From: Octopus sinensis
Lineage: Eukaryota
Assembly: GCF_006345805.1 (NCBI RefSeq)
Contig: NC_043015.1
Coordinates: 53,754,001-53,818,000 of the forward strand
Direction of reading: 5' to 3'
Length of the DNA stretch: 64,000 bases
The position numbers were made by a program, and so were the translations under genes. The notes beneath the pieces are model-generated. The model was given only the letters and a program-made list of their open reading frames with translations. It made no database searches and was not told the origin of the DNA. Positions 41,032-54,853 of the stretch are shown here, piece after piece. Position 1 is the first letter of the stretch, and every line of letters begins with the position of its first letter.

Positions 41032-41495
41032 TTACCACTGCAGCTGCTGCTGCTGCCACTACCTTCTACAAACATGTCTTCTGTTGACTTATTCACTTCT
41101 CTCTCTCACTTCTTCCTCAATCTCTTTTCCCTATTCTTTGTTCTTTCCCTCCTTCAGCATCATATCCCTATCTTCATATCCTGCTTTTCCTCTTCCCCCT
41201 CCTCCTCTCCTCTCCTCCTCCTCCCCATTTTCTTTTGTTTCTTCATTTTTCCATTCTTCTCTATTTCTTCTTCTTCTTCTTCTTCTTCTTCTTCTTCTTC
41301 TTCTTCTATTTCTTCTACTTCTACTTCTTCCTCTTCTACTTCTTCCGCTTCTGCTCCTCCTCCTCCTCCTCCTTCAACTTCTCATTCTTCTTCTTCTACT
41401 TCTTCCTCCTCCCCTTTCCTTCTTCTGCTTCTCCAGCACCACATCCTCCTCCTCCTCCTCCTTCAGCTTCTCATTATTCTTCTTCTTTTCTTCTA

Positions 41496-41535
<40 letters not shown>

Positions 41536-41778
41536 TACTTCCCCATTTCTTCTTCTTTCTCCTTCCTTTCCTCCTTCTTTTCATCCATCTCCACCACATC
41601 CTCCTCCTCCTTCTCCAATTCATTTCCTCTTCCTTCTTTCCATTCATCTACCACCACCACCACCACCACCACCACCACCATCAGCTGAAACCCGTTCATC
41701 TTTTAAACGTCCCAGACTTTCTTTAATATCGGATAATACTGTTGCAGCATATAATCTGCCAATGCCTATAGTAGGAGC

Positions 41779-41833
<55 letters not shown>

Positions 41834-42161
41834 TATCTCCAAGTCACACCACACTGTACATTCATGACTAAAGTACTTCCAGCCGTGGCCATTACGTTGG
41901 TTTGGAGATATCTAGAACTGCATTACACTACACAGATTGTTCATGCTTAAAATAACATTGCGTGTATTCGATGTGTGTGTGTTGGTGTCTGAGTGTGTGT
42001 GTGCGTATGTGTGTGCATGTGTGCGTGTGTCTGTGTTTGTATGTGTGCGTGTGCATTTGTGTTTGTGCGTGTGGGTTCATGTTTGCATGTGTACGTGTTT
42101 GTTTGTGTATGTGTGTTTGTGTGTGTGTATGTGTGTGTTTGTGTGTGTGAATCTGTATGTA

Positions 42162-42202
<41 letters not shown>

Positions 42203-42210
42203 GTTGTAGC

Positions 42211-42366
42211 AAAGTGCTCGGCAACCGGCATGCCGCAAAACCATGCTAGATGTGCCGCAGTGTAGCATGAATGTAATGTTTCCCCTATACTTTTAGTGTG
42301 CCGCCAAAATTTTCAAAAAAAAAACTATAAGTGTCCCGCAGATGGAAAAATGGTTGCGGAACAATG
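42211..42366. mobile_element. Possible hAT-type MITE remnant
   Basis: Imperfect ends agtgctcggcaacc / ggttgcggaacaatg and repeated tgtgccgc motifs. Confidence 0.4.
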
Positions 42367-42495
42367 TTCCAGCACAAGAGACCGGAATGCAGCAGAGGTT
42401 CCGTCGTTGTGTTGCTTATGGGACGATTCTCTGCTTATACAACAAAACTGTAGCAAGACGGAAAAGTACAGAAATGTGTAGAAATATACATACAT

Positions 42496-42526
<31 letters not shown>

Positions 42527-42557
42527 CACACACACACACATATATATGTATATATAT

Positions 42558-42643
<86 letters not shown>

Positions 42644-42699
42644 TATATATGTATATATGCATGTATATATGTGTGTGCGTATGTATATATATATATGAA

Positions 42700-43060
42700 G
42701 GCGAAGGATGTTTGGAAAGAAGGTTCATTCCCAGCCATATGGTTCTGGGTTCAGTTCCACTGCGTGGCACCCTGGGCAAGTAATTTTATTATAACCTCGG
42801 GACGGCCAGAGCCATTGTGAATGGATTTGGTAGACGGAAACTGTTTGAAGCCCGTTGTTATATACGACGGTCTTCTTTCTGTTTCCGTCTTCCAAATCCA
42901 CTCATATTGAATGTATATATGCATGTATGTATATACGTGTGTGTTTGTGTGTGTGTGTCTGCGTTCATACTCCACCATCTTTTGACAAGTGGCGTTGCGT
43001 TTTTACCTCCCCACAAAATAGCGGTTCAGCAAAAAGAAATCGATAGAATAAGTGCCATAA
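42700..43060 (+). mobile_element. SINE family B (degenerate)
   Basis: ggttctgggttcagttccactgcgtggcaccctgggcaag... Confidence 0.7.
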
Positions 43061-44366
43061 ATACTAGGAAGATGCTGGTGGTGGTGATGATGCTGAAACC
43101 ATAATGGTTTTAGGGCCAATGATTAGAGAAGTTGTAGTAGAAGGCGACTAGGGTAATTAATAACTGGGAGTTAATTAGAATTGTTGTTGCTATTGTTGTT
43201 GTAGAGATATACTGGTAGTAGTAGTGGTGGTGGTGGTGGTGGTGGTGGTGGTGGTCACGGTAGCATTGATTGTTGGTTCATGTGGTGTCTGTGGTATTGG
43301 GACTGTTACGGGACTAAACAGTTGGGTCGGTTGTGGAGCTAGCTGTATTGGTAGTGGTGTCAATGGTGGTTGTGGTGGCTGTGGTGGTAGTGGTGCTAGT
43401 TCTGTTAGGTGGTGGTTATGGTGGTTGTGGTTGTAGTGGTGGTTGCGATGGTAGTGGTGCTTGCGGTGGTTGCGGTGGTAGTGGTGCTTGCGGTGGTTGA
43501 GGTGGTAGTGTTGGTAGTGGTTGTTGTGCTTGTTGCGGTGGTTGCGGTGGTAGTGATGGTAGTGGAGGTAGCGGTGTTGCGGTGGTAGTGGTGGTTGTTG
43601 TACTTGTCTGTACCCTATTCACAGAGAGAGAGAAAAATGGGGGTGAGAGACAAAGTTGAAGAGAGAGGAAGATACAGGGAGGGAGAGAAATAAAGCGAGA
43701 GAGAGAGAGGTAGTGAGAGACAGAGAGGAAGAGAGAGGTGGAACAGAGAGTGACAAAGTGATAGAAAGAGAGGGAAACAGAAAGAGAAAACCAGACAAGA
43801 AAATAGAGAGAGAGAGGGGGGGGTGAGAGAAAGATGGGGAAGGAGTGCAAATGGAGGAGGAGAGGGATGAAGAGAACGAGAGAAAGATGGGGAGACAAGG
43901 ACAGGCAGAAAGTGATTCAAGAAGAGAAAAAGAGCGAGAGGAAGACGGAGAGGAAGAGGACGAGAGAGAATGAGAGATGGAAAGGGAGAGAGAGGAAGAT
44001 AAAGAGAGGAACAGAGAGTGACAAAGTGAGAGAAAGAGAGAGAAATGGAAAGAGAAATGAAAAGAGAGAGCGCGACAGACAGGCAGAGAGAGAGAGCTAA
44101 AAAGGAAAGACAGAAGGAGAGAGAGAGAGAGAAAGAGAGAGCTAAAATGATGCAAACTGCGCCGATGGCAGTGATGGTGGTAGGGTGGAGGTGGTGGTGA
44201 GTGGCCGAGAGGGTGGTAGATGGCCGTGAGGGTGGTGATGAAAACGATGATGTTTATAATGATGATGATGACGACGGCGTTGGAACCCGAAAATCGACAA
44301 CGACAGTGACGTCCACAAGGACGACGGTGACGATGATGAGGATGCTGCTTCTGCTGCTGCTGCTGT

Positions 44367-44397
<31 letters not shown>

Positions 44398-44699
44398 AGT
44401 TGTTTTGCTAGTGATTTGTCAGATGATAAATTCGAAAACGATTCGGACCAAGAGAAACAAGCAAAACAAAAAAAAAGAAAAAAAAGAAAAACAAAAACAA
44501 AAAACAAAAGTGTGAAGGGAAAGAGATGACGATGGTCCTGATAATGGTGGTGATGGTGGTGGTGATGGCTGTGGTGGTGGTGTCGGTGGTGGCTGTTGTG
44601 TCGGCGGCGTCGGTGGTGGAGGTGCTGGGACGGTTTGATTATTTGATGAATTTCGAATATGACAGATTTGAGAGAAAGTAAGGAGAGACTGTAGTGCAT

Positions 44700-45670
44700 C
44701 CATGTATGTATGTATACGCACGCACACTCACAGTAACACAGACAAGCGCGCATACGCACACACACACACACACGCACACACACGCACACACTCACACGCA
44801 TAAACACACATCATGCACACACATACACGCACATGTACACACAATTACAAAACATACACACACACACGCACACACTCACACGCATAAACACACATCATGC
44901 ACACACATACACGCACATGTACACACAATTACAAAACATACACACACACACGCACAAAATCCACATATACCTCCACATACAACCCCTCGTTCACACACAA
45001 ATATACACACGCATACACAAACACACCCACACACGCATATGAACGCATACATACCTCCCACACACTCAAACTCATACACGCATGCAATTACACATTCATG
45101 GGCATATACACACACGCACATACACGCACACACTCACACGCATAAACACACATCATGCACACACATACACGCACATGTACACACAATTACAAAACATACA
45201 CACACACACGCACAAAAATCCACATATACCTCCACATACAACCCCTCGTTCACACACAAATATACACACGCATACACAAACACACCCACACACGCATATG
45301 AACGCATACATACCTCCCACACACTCAAACTCATACACGCAGACAATTACACATACATGGCATATACACACACGCACATACACGCACACGCACGCACGCA
45401 CATGCACGCACACAGAGAGAGGAACGCACATATACTCCACACACCTAACCCCACACACAACTTGACGCACACGCACACGCGCATACACACATACACATAT
45501 ACACACATGCACACACACACAGGTGCATGCCCACACTACACACAAATTATACACACAACATATATGCACACAAGCACACACATACACACGCACGCACATA
45601 CACACTTACACGTGCTATTATTACACACACACATACAGACTTGCGCGCACGCACATACTCCTAGATGCAC
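44700..45670. repeat. CA-rich region with tandem block duplications
   Basis: cacgcataaacacacatcatgcacacacatacacgcacatgtacacacaattacaaaac three times; aatccacatatacctccacatacaacccctcg twice. Confidence 0.85.
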
Positions 45671-46164
45671 ACACATACCTCTTATTATAAAAGGCAGATT
45701 TTATCTGCCTCCCTTTGGGAGTTATACAAATCTACAATATAGGATTTCTTCAATTACAATTTACCTAGCATTTTTAAGAGTACAATGCATCGCGTCATGC
45801 CAGGTCCAGTTTTTAAAATTTAAACTCCAATTAAGCAAAATTTACAGAAAACTCACATTCTGGTGTGTGTGTCAAATGCTTTTCTTAGTCTGGTTTACAC
45901 CACACGCAAACGCACACACACAGTGTGCAACGAATAAATGAAAGTAAATAGCGACAGAGTGATTTGAGGAAGACTAAACTGAACGTATTCTGTCTATGAC
46001 GCTGATAGATACATGAGTAAAATGTATGGGAAGCTAAGAGCTAAGAGTGAGTGAAAATGTTCTTGGAAGAGAGTAAATAGCGAGAGAGAGAGTGATTTGA
46101 GGAAGACTTTACATTAAATAACCGTAGTGGCTTGTGTTAGTAATAAAGTAAACATACATAAGGC

Positions 46165-46465
46165 AGTGTCAATGGTGGTTCCAGAAATCCCGAGCTATAA
46201 ATTACAGCCTAGAAGACGAGCCTCATCCTGAAAGATCTGTAGAACTCGACAAGGACATCCTGAAAACCCTGGTGGAACAAAATCTCATCGTAACTGTTGA
46301 GGAACTAGCAGATAAGCTTGGATTTGGTCATTCAACCATTCATTGAGAGAGACCTGTGTGCTATCGGAAAAGTCAGCAAATTGGGTCAATGGGTTCCTCA
46401 CGAACTTTCCGAGTCTAATTGCATGCAGAGAGTGAATGTATGCTTTTCTTTGCTGTCACATCTCA
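46165..46465 (+). mobile_element. mariner transposase remnant
   Basis: CQWWFQK...LEDEPHPERS...TVEELADKLG...GKVSKLGQWVPHELSE (WVPHEL motif). Confidence 0.85.
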
Positions 46466-46485
46466 CCACTACTGCGCTATGTATA

Positions 46486-47219
46486 TCTATATATATAAAA
46501 CTGTAGTTGTGTGAGTGTCTGTCCCCTTCGATTTAGATTCCTAACTACTCCCACATTTTGCGGTGCAGTTTAACCAAATTCGGGTAACTTATAGTCGTGA
46601 TTCATATCGAGCCCGTCTGAATATTAGCGCGCGTCTACGATGAGTCTACATTTTAAAAATAATTTAACATCATTTTTTATTCCATTTTAATGCATAATTT
46701 TTCGTGTGTCGATGGCGGCGGAGTTGGCGTCCACGCTCACACTGCACCTGTGGGGAAGGGAGTGTAAGGAAATCAACGTCGTAATGCGTTGTCAAGGAGA
46801 CCAGTGTTCTTTTAGAACAACGACTTCATGGCTTGAAGACACCAAAACAGAAATGGCTAAGAAAGCGTCTACATGAGTCTACGATTTAAAAAAAAATTAC
46901 CATCGTTTTTTTCCCATTTTAATGCATTTTTTCGCTATATATAAGGGAAGTAACTCTCTAAAAATGTCTACGATGAGTCAACGATTTAAAAAAAAATTTA
47001 CCATCGTTTTTTTCCCATTTTAATGCATTTTTTCGCTATTATATAAGGGAAGTAACTCTCTAAAAATGTCTACGATGAGTCAACGATTTAAAAAAAAATT
47101 TACCATCATATTTTTTCCATTTTAATGCAATTTTTGCTATTTTTTGGCTATAACTCTCTAAAAATGCTTATATAGTTATTTCCCTTACAAACCCGAGCAA
47201 CGCCGGGCGATACTGCTAG
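46486..47219 (+). mobile_element. Non-autonomous Helitron with internal ~100-bp tandem repeats
   Basis: 5' A|TCtatatatataaaa; 3' hairpin cccg...cggg followed by CTAG|T; no TSD; repeated gtctacgatgagtcaacgatttaaaa units. Confidence 0.8.
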
Positions 47220-47634
47220 TATATATATATATATATATACATAGACATATATATGCATACATATATATACATACATGATTTTTATTTCTATAGTCAATTA
47301 TGCAGCATATTCGTTTTAAATTTGCGCGATGCATGTTTCTACAACAAATTTAAACCAAATATAATGTATAATTGTTGTTAGAAATAAAAAAAAAATAATT
47401 CATGTCTTACCCTCTATATTCAATGTAATTGTTTTGGATATGCACTCAGTAAAATATTCATAATCCAGCGAAGCGAAGCCAAGATTTACACATCGGATTA
47501 ATTACAGTGGGATTACTCACAATAAATAATCCTGGCTGTTAGCTTGAATCCGGATTGTAAGTGAGTGCTCGTGCAGTATCTGCCTGGATAAAGAGTGACG
47601 CATGGGTAAACGAAATCATTAGACCCTCAGTAAA

Positions 47635-48025
47635 TTTTGAACGCATTTCGTCAGCCATATCCGCGGTCGACTTAAAATTTGATAAAACTTGTTGAGCAGC
47701 TATGTGTTGAAACCTATGCCATCAGCATTTTCTCGATCCGACACTCACAATTCGACACTTAATCATTCGGCCCCCAGTTCGATTCAACTGCGGGACGTTT
47801 GGAACGCGTGTCGTCTGCCATATCCGCAATCGACTTAAAATTTGATAAAACCTATTGGGCAGTCATGTGATGAAACATATGCTATCACCGTTTCATCGAC
47901 GAGACACAATTTCGACGCTTAATCATTAGATCTCCAGCTCGGTGTAACTGCTGGAAGATTTCAACGCGTGTCGTCTGCCATATTCTCGATCGACATAAAA
48001 TTTTACAATGTTTTTAGGGCTGGCG
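47635..48025. repeat. ~160-bp diverged tandem repeat (~2.5 copies)
   Basis: aacgc...tcgtc(a/t)gccatat...tcgac(t/a)taaaattt at ~47640, ~47803 and ~47963. Confidence 0.8.
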
Positions 48026-48510
48026 CCATGTAATGATACCTACACTATCACCACTTTGTTTATGGGTCGAATGTGGCAAGGATACCGTGTATTTACAAAT
48101 ATATATTCGAAATATTCAAGAACATATCTTCGTGATGTTGACTTAAAAAGATACAAGAGATAAAATATTATATCATTAACAGTTTAAGTCTAAAAGGACT
48201 ACGAAGGCACTGCTCCACTTCCCGTTCTTCTGGAGTAGCGTTCCTCAACTAGTTTTACCTATGGACAACTCTATTCCTCTTTTGCACTGCTGGACTAGCC
48301 ATTCGATGTTAAAGAAATCCTATAATAAATTTGGAATTAACTACTACTAGGAATTATGTACTAGAAAATGGTTAATATAGTTTATGTGTTAAAGGAATAT
48401 AACCAATTTATAGGTGATACTTTTTAATAACAAAATGTTATGTGGACCTCAATGGGGTAATGTGGACTCTGGCTGAGACCCCTATTCAAGAAATGGATAA
48501 TGTGTTTGTG

Positions 48511-48632
<122 letters not shown>

Positions 48633-48692
48633 TGTTAAAAACGTAAGATAACAAAAGAAAGAAAGAGACCTCATATTATGTAAATAGAGGAA

Positions 48693-48873
48693 ATTTATCT
48701 GTAAATTAATATGTTGCCATTATTCAATAGCCAAGATAAAACTCTGAGTTTCGGATGCCGACCATGGCCAAATATCCGAAGAGATGGTGTTTTGGATTTC
48801 TACTTCGGCATCCGAAACTCAGAGTTTTATCTTGGCTATTGAATAATGGCAACATATTAATTTACAGATAAAT
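48693..48873. repeat. Perfect 69-bp inverted repeat with 43-bp spacer overlapping a hammerhead-like motif
   Basis: 48693-48761 is the exact reverse complement of 48805-48873; plus strand CCGAAGA-GATG...CATC-C-GAA-ACTC a GAGT-T. Confidence 0.9.
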
Positions 48874-48893
48874 ATAAATATATATATATATAT

Positions 48894-48931
<38 letters not shown>

Positions 48932-49135
48932 ATTGAAAGTGGGAGAATGTGAGACAAAAACAAACATCATCATATATGTTCGTGTGTGTATGTGTATGTG
49001 TGTGTGTATGTATGAATGTATGTATGCACGTATGTATGTATGTATGTATGTATGTATGTATGTATGTATGTATATATATTATATATGTATGTATGTATGT
49101 ACGTATGTACGTATATATATTATATATATATATAG

Positions 49136-49990
49136 TATGCGATGGGTAAATTGTCGCTAGTTTATAGTTTCAATTTCGCGCATGCACATTGTTTGATATT
49201 GATTTTGACTACACATTATAGTAGCGTGAGTTGGACACCGTCTATGAGAAAAACAGCACCATACCACGGTTCACTCTGCCGGAAATTTTGAAACGACATG
49301 CCGTACTGCTTGGCATTCACGCCGGAAGCTCCAATACGAACATTTCAGAGTACTTGGGTGTCAATCTCAGAACATATACTGAGAGGGATAAAAATTAAAC
49401 ATCCAGTTGACATCATAATATTTGCAGTTATCATTAATGATGGCAAAGTTATGCTTCCATTCGTCTTCACGCGCGGACTCAGACTCCCCACGGAAGCCTA
49501 CATAAAGTGCCTGGAGGAGTTAGTGTATCCCTGGGTCAAGAGAGTGGCAGTTGGAAGATCCTGTATCTGGCAACAGGACGCTGTATCATGCCACACAAAC
49601 AGAAGTACGCAGTCTGTCAGGCAATTTCTGCGACCACATCACCCCTAACCTCAGGGCAGCTAACTTCCCAGACTGCTACCCCATAGATTATTATGCGTGA
49701 GGCGCAGTTGAGCAAGGGACCAAAAAACAAAAAACTCCTCGTAATACCAAAATCAAACTGAAGGCAAGGATTATGGCAGGATTCACCAACTTAAACAAAG
49801 AGAGCGTCCAGAAGAGCTGCAGGAAACTCTAAAGTCATCTGGAGACCGTGGTTGGAGCCAACGGCGATTTTATTGAATAAATTTACTCTTTAGCATTTCA
49901 AGATATTTTTACGCAGTTTTGATAAATATATCTGTTAAAATGAGATGACAGTGTTATTTTCATTTTCCCGTTATTTAGACGATAGCTTAT
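49136..49990 (+). mobile_element. Tc1/mariner (maT/DD37D-like) deleted element
   Basis: KHPVDIIIFAVIINDGKVMLPFVF...YIKCLEELVYPWVKRVAVGRSCIWQQDAVSCHT; downstream NFPDCYPIDYY. Confidence 0.8.
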
Positions 49991-50333
49991 ACACACGCAT
50001 ATGTGTGACTGTGCACGCGTGCGCGTGTATGTGCGTTTGTATGTATGTACATTGGATCATTTATATATAGAAATCGAATAAAAAATGTCTACTGAGCGTC
50101 TTTTTCTATTTGCGTCTCTCTTATTTCATTGTCATTCTTTCTTTATCATTATGTCTATGGGCCGTATTTGTCTGTGCATTTTCCGTGCATAATTCTGAGT
50201 ATGAGTGTGTACGTTTTCTGTGTGCATGTGTGTGTGTGTGTTAATTCACGACAGATCTAGTCTACTGCTTAAGCTTCCAGTCTCTCTCTCTCCTCTGTCT
50301 GTCTGTCTGTCGGTCTGTCTGTCTGTCTGTCTC

Positions 50334-50378
<45 letters not shown>

Positions 50379-50701
50379 CTGGGTACTGCAAATGGTTCTT
50401 CATTGATATCATTACATTGGTTTCCAACTGACCCATGCATGCATTTGCATATATATAAGAGTCCCTTCAGTGTATTTAATAGTAATATATGCAAATCTGG
50501 GTCCTTCAGAAACCCACTTTGCAACCACCTGATTTCAGGTTCAGCCCGACTGCGCGGCGCCCCATGGTATGTGCTTTCTACTATTGCCTCATGCAGATCA
50601 TTGCCGTCTAAGGGAGTTTGGTCGATCGACCCTATGCAGAACCGACAGATATATGTATATTGATATCTATACATATGTGTTTGATTGTGTTTGTGTGTAT
50701 G

Positions 50702-50756
<55 letters not shown>

Positions 50757-50843
50757 AGTGAATTCAAATAAACGAATAATATAATTATCAACAACAGACA
50801 GCAAGAGGATGTATTTGCTTGACGCTTAGTAAAAGAGAGAGAG

Positions 50844-50878
50844 TTTTTGACGTTTCGAGCATAGCTCTTCATCGGCAC
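50844..50878 (-). ncRNA. Minimal hammerhead motif (helix I eroded)
   Basis: Minus strand CCGATGAA-GAGC tat GCTC-GAAAC-GTC. Confidence 0.55.
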
Positions 50879-50932
50879 GGAGAAAAGTAAATATCCAAAG
50901 AAGGAAAAAATCACCAACAGCAAACGCACGCA

Positions 50933-50985
<53 letters not shown>

Positions 50986-51016
50986 CATACATACAGAGGC
51001 ATACACACACACACCG

Positions 51017-51062
<46 letters not shown>

Positions 51063-51774
51063 ATGTGTGTGTGTGTGTGCATGTGCATGTATGTGTTTTG
51101 TGTATGAACGTGTGTGTGACTGTTTATGCATGTATATGAGTCTGCGTCCACGAATCAATAATTATTTCCTCACAACGCAGCCACAACCATCACAATCATC
51201 ACCACCACCGTCACCACTACCATCATCAACGTCCCCACCGTCCTTTACAGTTTGACACCCGGTCTGTTGATTTCTCTAAGTCCTCGTAACCTAGCCTTTC
51301 ATCAAATGAAATTACCAGACTCAAACGGCGAAAAATACATACAAGGGTTTGATATGTTCAACGAGAACCCTCCAAGACGGTGCTCAAGCATGGCTGTAGT
51401 CCAATGACAGAAACTAATATCAGAAGATAACAGAAGATATGGAGGCGTTGCACGCTTGGCCCGTATTTGTATTTTCCGTGTTTTCTGATGCCTGTGTAAA
51501 TATGGATGTAAACTTGTATATACGCATATATTTTCATAAGAAAGTGTCGGCTTTCGTATTTGTATCTTAGCATCATATAATTATATCAGATGTGAAGAAT
51601 ATGATGCTGGCCCCTCCCCGCGCCCCGTTGGCAATCTTCCATCGATTTGAGCCACTAAGAAGATAAAAGAATTTTCTTGCCATTTTATATTTAGACGTAG
51701 ACAAAACAAAAGGAAATAGAATGTAGTATATAAAATTATGTATAATTATAGCCACATATATACAGACACATATG

Positions 51775-51795
51775 CATACATTCACACACATACAC

Positions 51796-51831
<36 letters not shown>

Positions 51832-52353
51832 CACACACACAGACACACATATATATATATATTTATAACAATAAGGGTTTTGCAACAAGTTGCTTGACCA
51901 CATACCGAAAATTTTAGAAATAGCAGCCTTAAGGACTACTATTTCCTTTTTCTACAAAAATATGTCTCCACAGACGACAATATTTGTAACTTATACATGG
52001 CAAAAAAGAAGAAAAATAATGAAATCAAACAGTCTTCGATTAATTACGGACGTGTTTCTGGATTAGAATCATAAGATTCATTTCCGTTATCAACATAATA
52101 TTTCGATAATTATAAATCTGAAGATGCTAGGAAAACTTACCCCTTATATTGTCATCAGGACATATAAAAGCTAATCAGCATATCCCCATTTATATAGACG
52201 AATGAATTCGTATTCCCCCCCCCCACCAATTCTCTACCATGTTCGTCACAAAACTACGAATCTTTTTTCGGCAGTATATATATATAATATATATATAGGG
52301 AGAGAGAGAGAGAGATAGATATAGATATATAGATATATGTGTGCATATATATG

Positions 52354-52389
<36 letters not shown>

Positions 52390-52422
52390 GTGGGTGTGTG
52401 TGTGGTTGTGTGCATATATATA

Positions 52423-52491
<69 letters not shown>

Positions 52492-52836
52492 ATATAAGGG
52501 GTAAGTTTTCCTAGCATCTCAGATTATAATTATCGAAATATTATGTTGATAACGAAATGAATCTATGATTCTAATCCAGAAACACGTCCGTAATTAATCG
52601 AAGACTGTTTGATTTCATATTTTTCTTCTTTTTTGCCATGTATAAGTTACAAATATTGTCGTCTGTGGAGACATATTTTTGTAGAAAAAGGAAATAGTAG
52701 TCCTTAAGGTGCTATTTCTAAAATTTTCGGTATGTGGTCAGCAACTTGTTGCAAAACCCTTATTGTTATAATATATATATATATGTGTGTCTGTGTGTGT
52801 GTGTGTGTGGTGGTGTGTGTGTGTTGTGTGTGTGTG

Positions 52837-52850
<14 letters not shown>
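51775..52850. repeat. Long foldback inverted repeat (unique arms ~51862-52152 and ~52489-52770)
   Basis: ataacaataagggttttgcaacaagttgc...ccccttatattgt is mirrored by acaatataagggg...gcaacttgttgcaaaacccttattgttat. Confidence 0.9.
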
Positions 52851-52892
<42 letters not shown>

Positions 52893-52936
52893 TATGCACA
52901 CACACTCACATACACATTCATATATATATACAATGA

Positions 52937-53092
52937 GCTTCTTTCAGTTTCCAACTACCAAATCCACTGACAAGGCTTTGGACGCCCCGAGAATATATTA
53001 GACGGCACTTGCCCTAGGTACAACGCAGTGGGGCTGAAACCGGAACCATGTGGTTGGTAAGCAAGCTTCTTACCACCCAGCCACGCCTGCGT
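52937..53092 (-). mobile_element. SINE family B (5' part)
   Basis: cttctttcagtttcc...ggaaccatgtggttggtaagcaagc. Confidence 0.8.
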
Positions 53093-53595
53093 CTATGGGC
53101 CGTACGCATGGGATATGTATATAAATTATGTATGTATGATATATATTTAAATAAATGCATACATTTATAAACACACTCACAAACACACACAAAAGCACGT
53201 CAGCATATAGTTTAGAGTTCACACTTCTACATAACTGTCACATTCTAAACACTAACATCAGCCGACTGTCCCCTGCACTGTGTAGCTTATCGGCTGGAGA
53301 CATATTTGGTTTCGAATACGACTAAAGAACCAGAAATTGATTCACGTAATTAGACGTTTAACAGAGGCTTTATAATTGCTGCAGAAATTAATAAATCACG
53401 CAGCTTTCAGAAATATTTAATAAAGAGCCACGAAACGGCAAAATCGAATACAAGCATATACACATATGTATGTGTGTATATATGTATGTATTTATAAATG
53501 TATACATGTATTCAATATGAACACACGCGGCTATAAATCCATACATATATACACACAAACACTCATACACACACTCACGCACACATATATTCATG

Positions 53596-53642
<47 letters not shown>

Positions 53643-53904
53643 CAAAATGAGGGGGGAAAATTGGATATTAATTTGATAATATCAGTTTTAACACCAGTGG
53701 TCTAGCATATAAAAAAACTGAGATTCAGTAAATAGTATTTCATACATAAATATAAGGGGGGGAATTTTTTAACCACTATGTGGAAACCCTTACGCTAGGA
53801 GAAGATCCGTATGGTCTCAACCACTAAGAATGTGTGTGTGTATATTTATATGTACACATATATATATATATAATATACACATATATATGTTTACACACAC
53901 ACAC

Positions 53905-53936
<32 letters not shown>

Positions 53937-54156
53937 GCATATATATACATATACATATATATATATTCTTTTATTCGTTTGTTCTTTTATTTCTTTCAGT
54001 CATTTGAGTGCGGCCATGCTGGAGCACCACCTTTAGTCGAAAAAAATCGACCCCAGGACTTATTCTTTGTAAGTCTAGTACATATTCTATCGGTCTCTAT
54101 TGCTGATCAGCCAGGTTACGGAGACGTAAACACACCAGCCAGCATACACATATACA

Positions 54157-54600
54157 GAGCTGGCGAATTTTTAATAGGGATGTGTCTTCGTCCGCGTTGA
54201 AAGCCGCGTTGAGGTCGACGAATTCGGTGTAGAAGTGGCCGTCCTTTGATGAAACGAAGGGCAAAAATATGGTCGGCGGTAGATTGAATCGGCATAAAGT
54301 CGGTTTTTTGTGGGCGGTATCTGCTTCTTATTGCAGAAAGAGTACGTCATAGTAGGATCCTAATGAAGATCTGGTCCGGGATGGAGAAAAGTGTAATGTC
54401 CCTGTGCTTACAGCAGACGAGTTTGTCGCCCTTTTGTTTCCAGAAAGCGAGGATGATGCCCAGGATGTGGTCATTTGGGTGCCGCTCTAATACTCATACA
54501 TGGTTGATGATGCAAATAAGCCACCGGATCATGTTTTTTTCAACATCCCGACCATGTTGCAACGACTCTATAACAGTATCGAGAGCTGCATGCAGGTAAA
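54157..54600 (-). mobile_element. RTE-clade LINE reverse-transcriptase remnant
   Basis: Minus strand ILGIILAFWKQKGDKLVCCKHRDITLFSIPDQIFIRILL...DFMPIQSTADHIFALR / FVDLNAAF, with stops and frameshifts. Confidence 0.8.
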
Positions 54601-54689
54601 TGGGAAGGGCTCTAGTTCCCATCACAGCCGGGTCAGACAGGGTTCCCCCCACTCCTCTTAGCACACGGTCTGAAATTTCATGGTGTAAG

Positions 54690-54853
54690 TAGATTACTTC
54701 GACCCCAGTATGCAACTGAAACTTAATTTATCGACTCCGAAAGGACGTAAGGCAAAGTCGACCTCAGCGGAATTTGAACTCAGAATGTAAAGACAGACGA
54801 AATGTTGTTAAGCATTTTACCTGGTGCGTTACCGCCTCGGCCAGGTCGCCCCC
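54690..54853 (-). mobile_element. SINE family A
   Basis: aaggcaaagtcgacctcagcggaatttgaactcagaatg. Confidence 0.8.

Noticed and set aside
36746-45941. Long His/Ser/Ile/Thr-rich ORFs (up to 415 aa)
   Set aside because: Translations of (CAT)n, (CAC)n, (CTT)n and (CA)n repeats, open in several frames and with no recognisable domain
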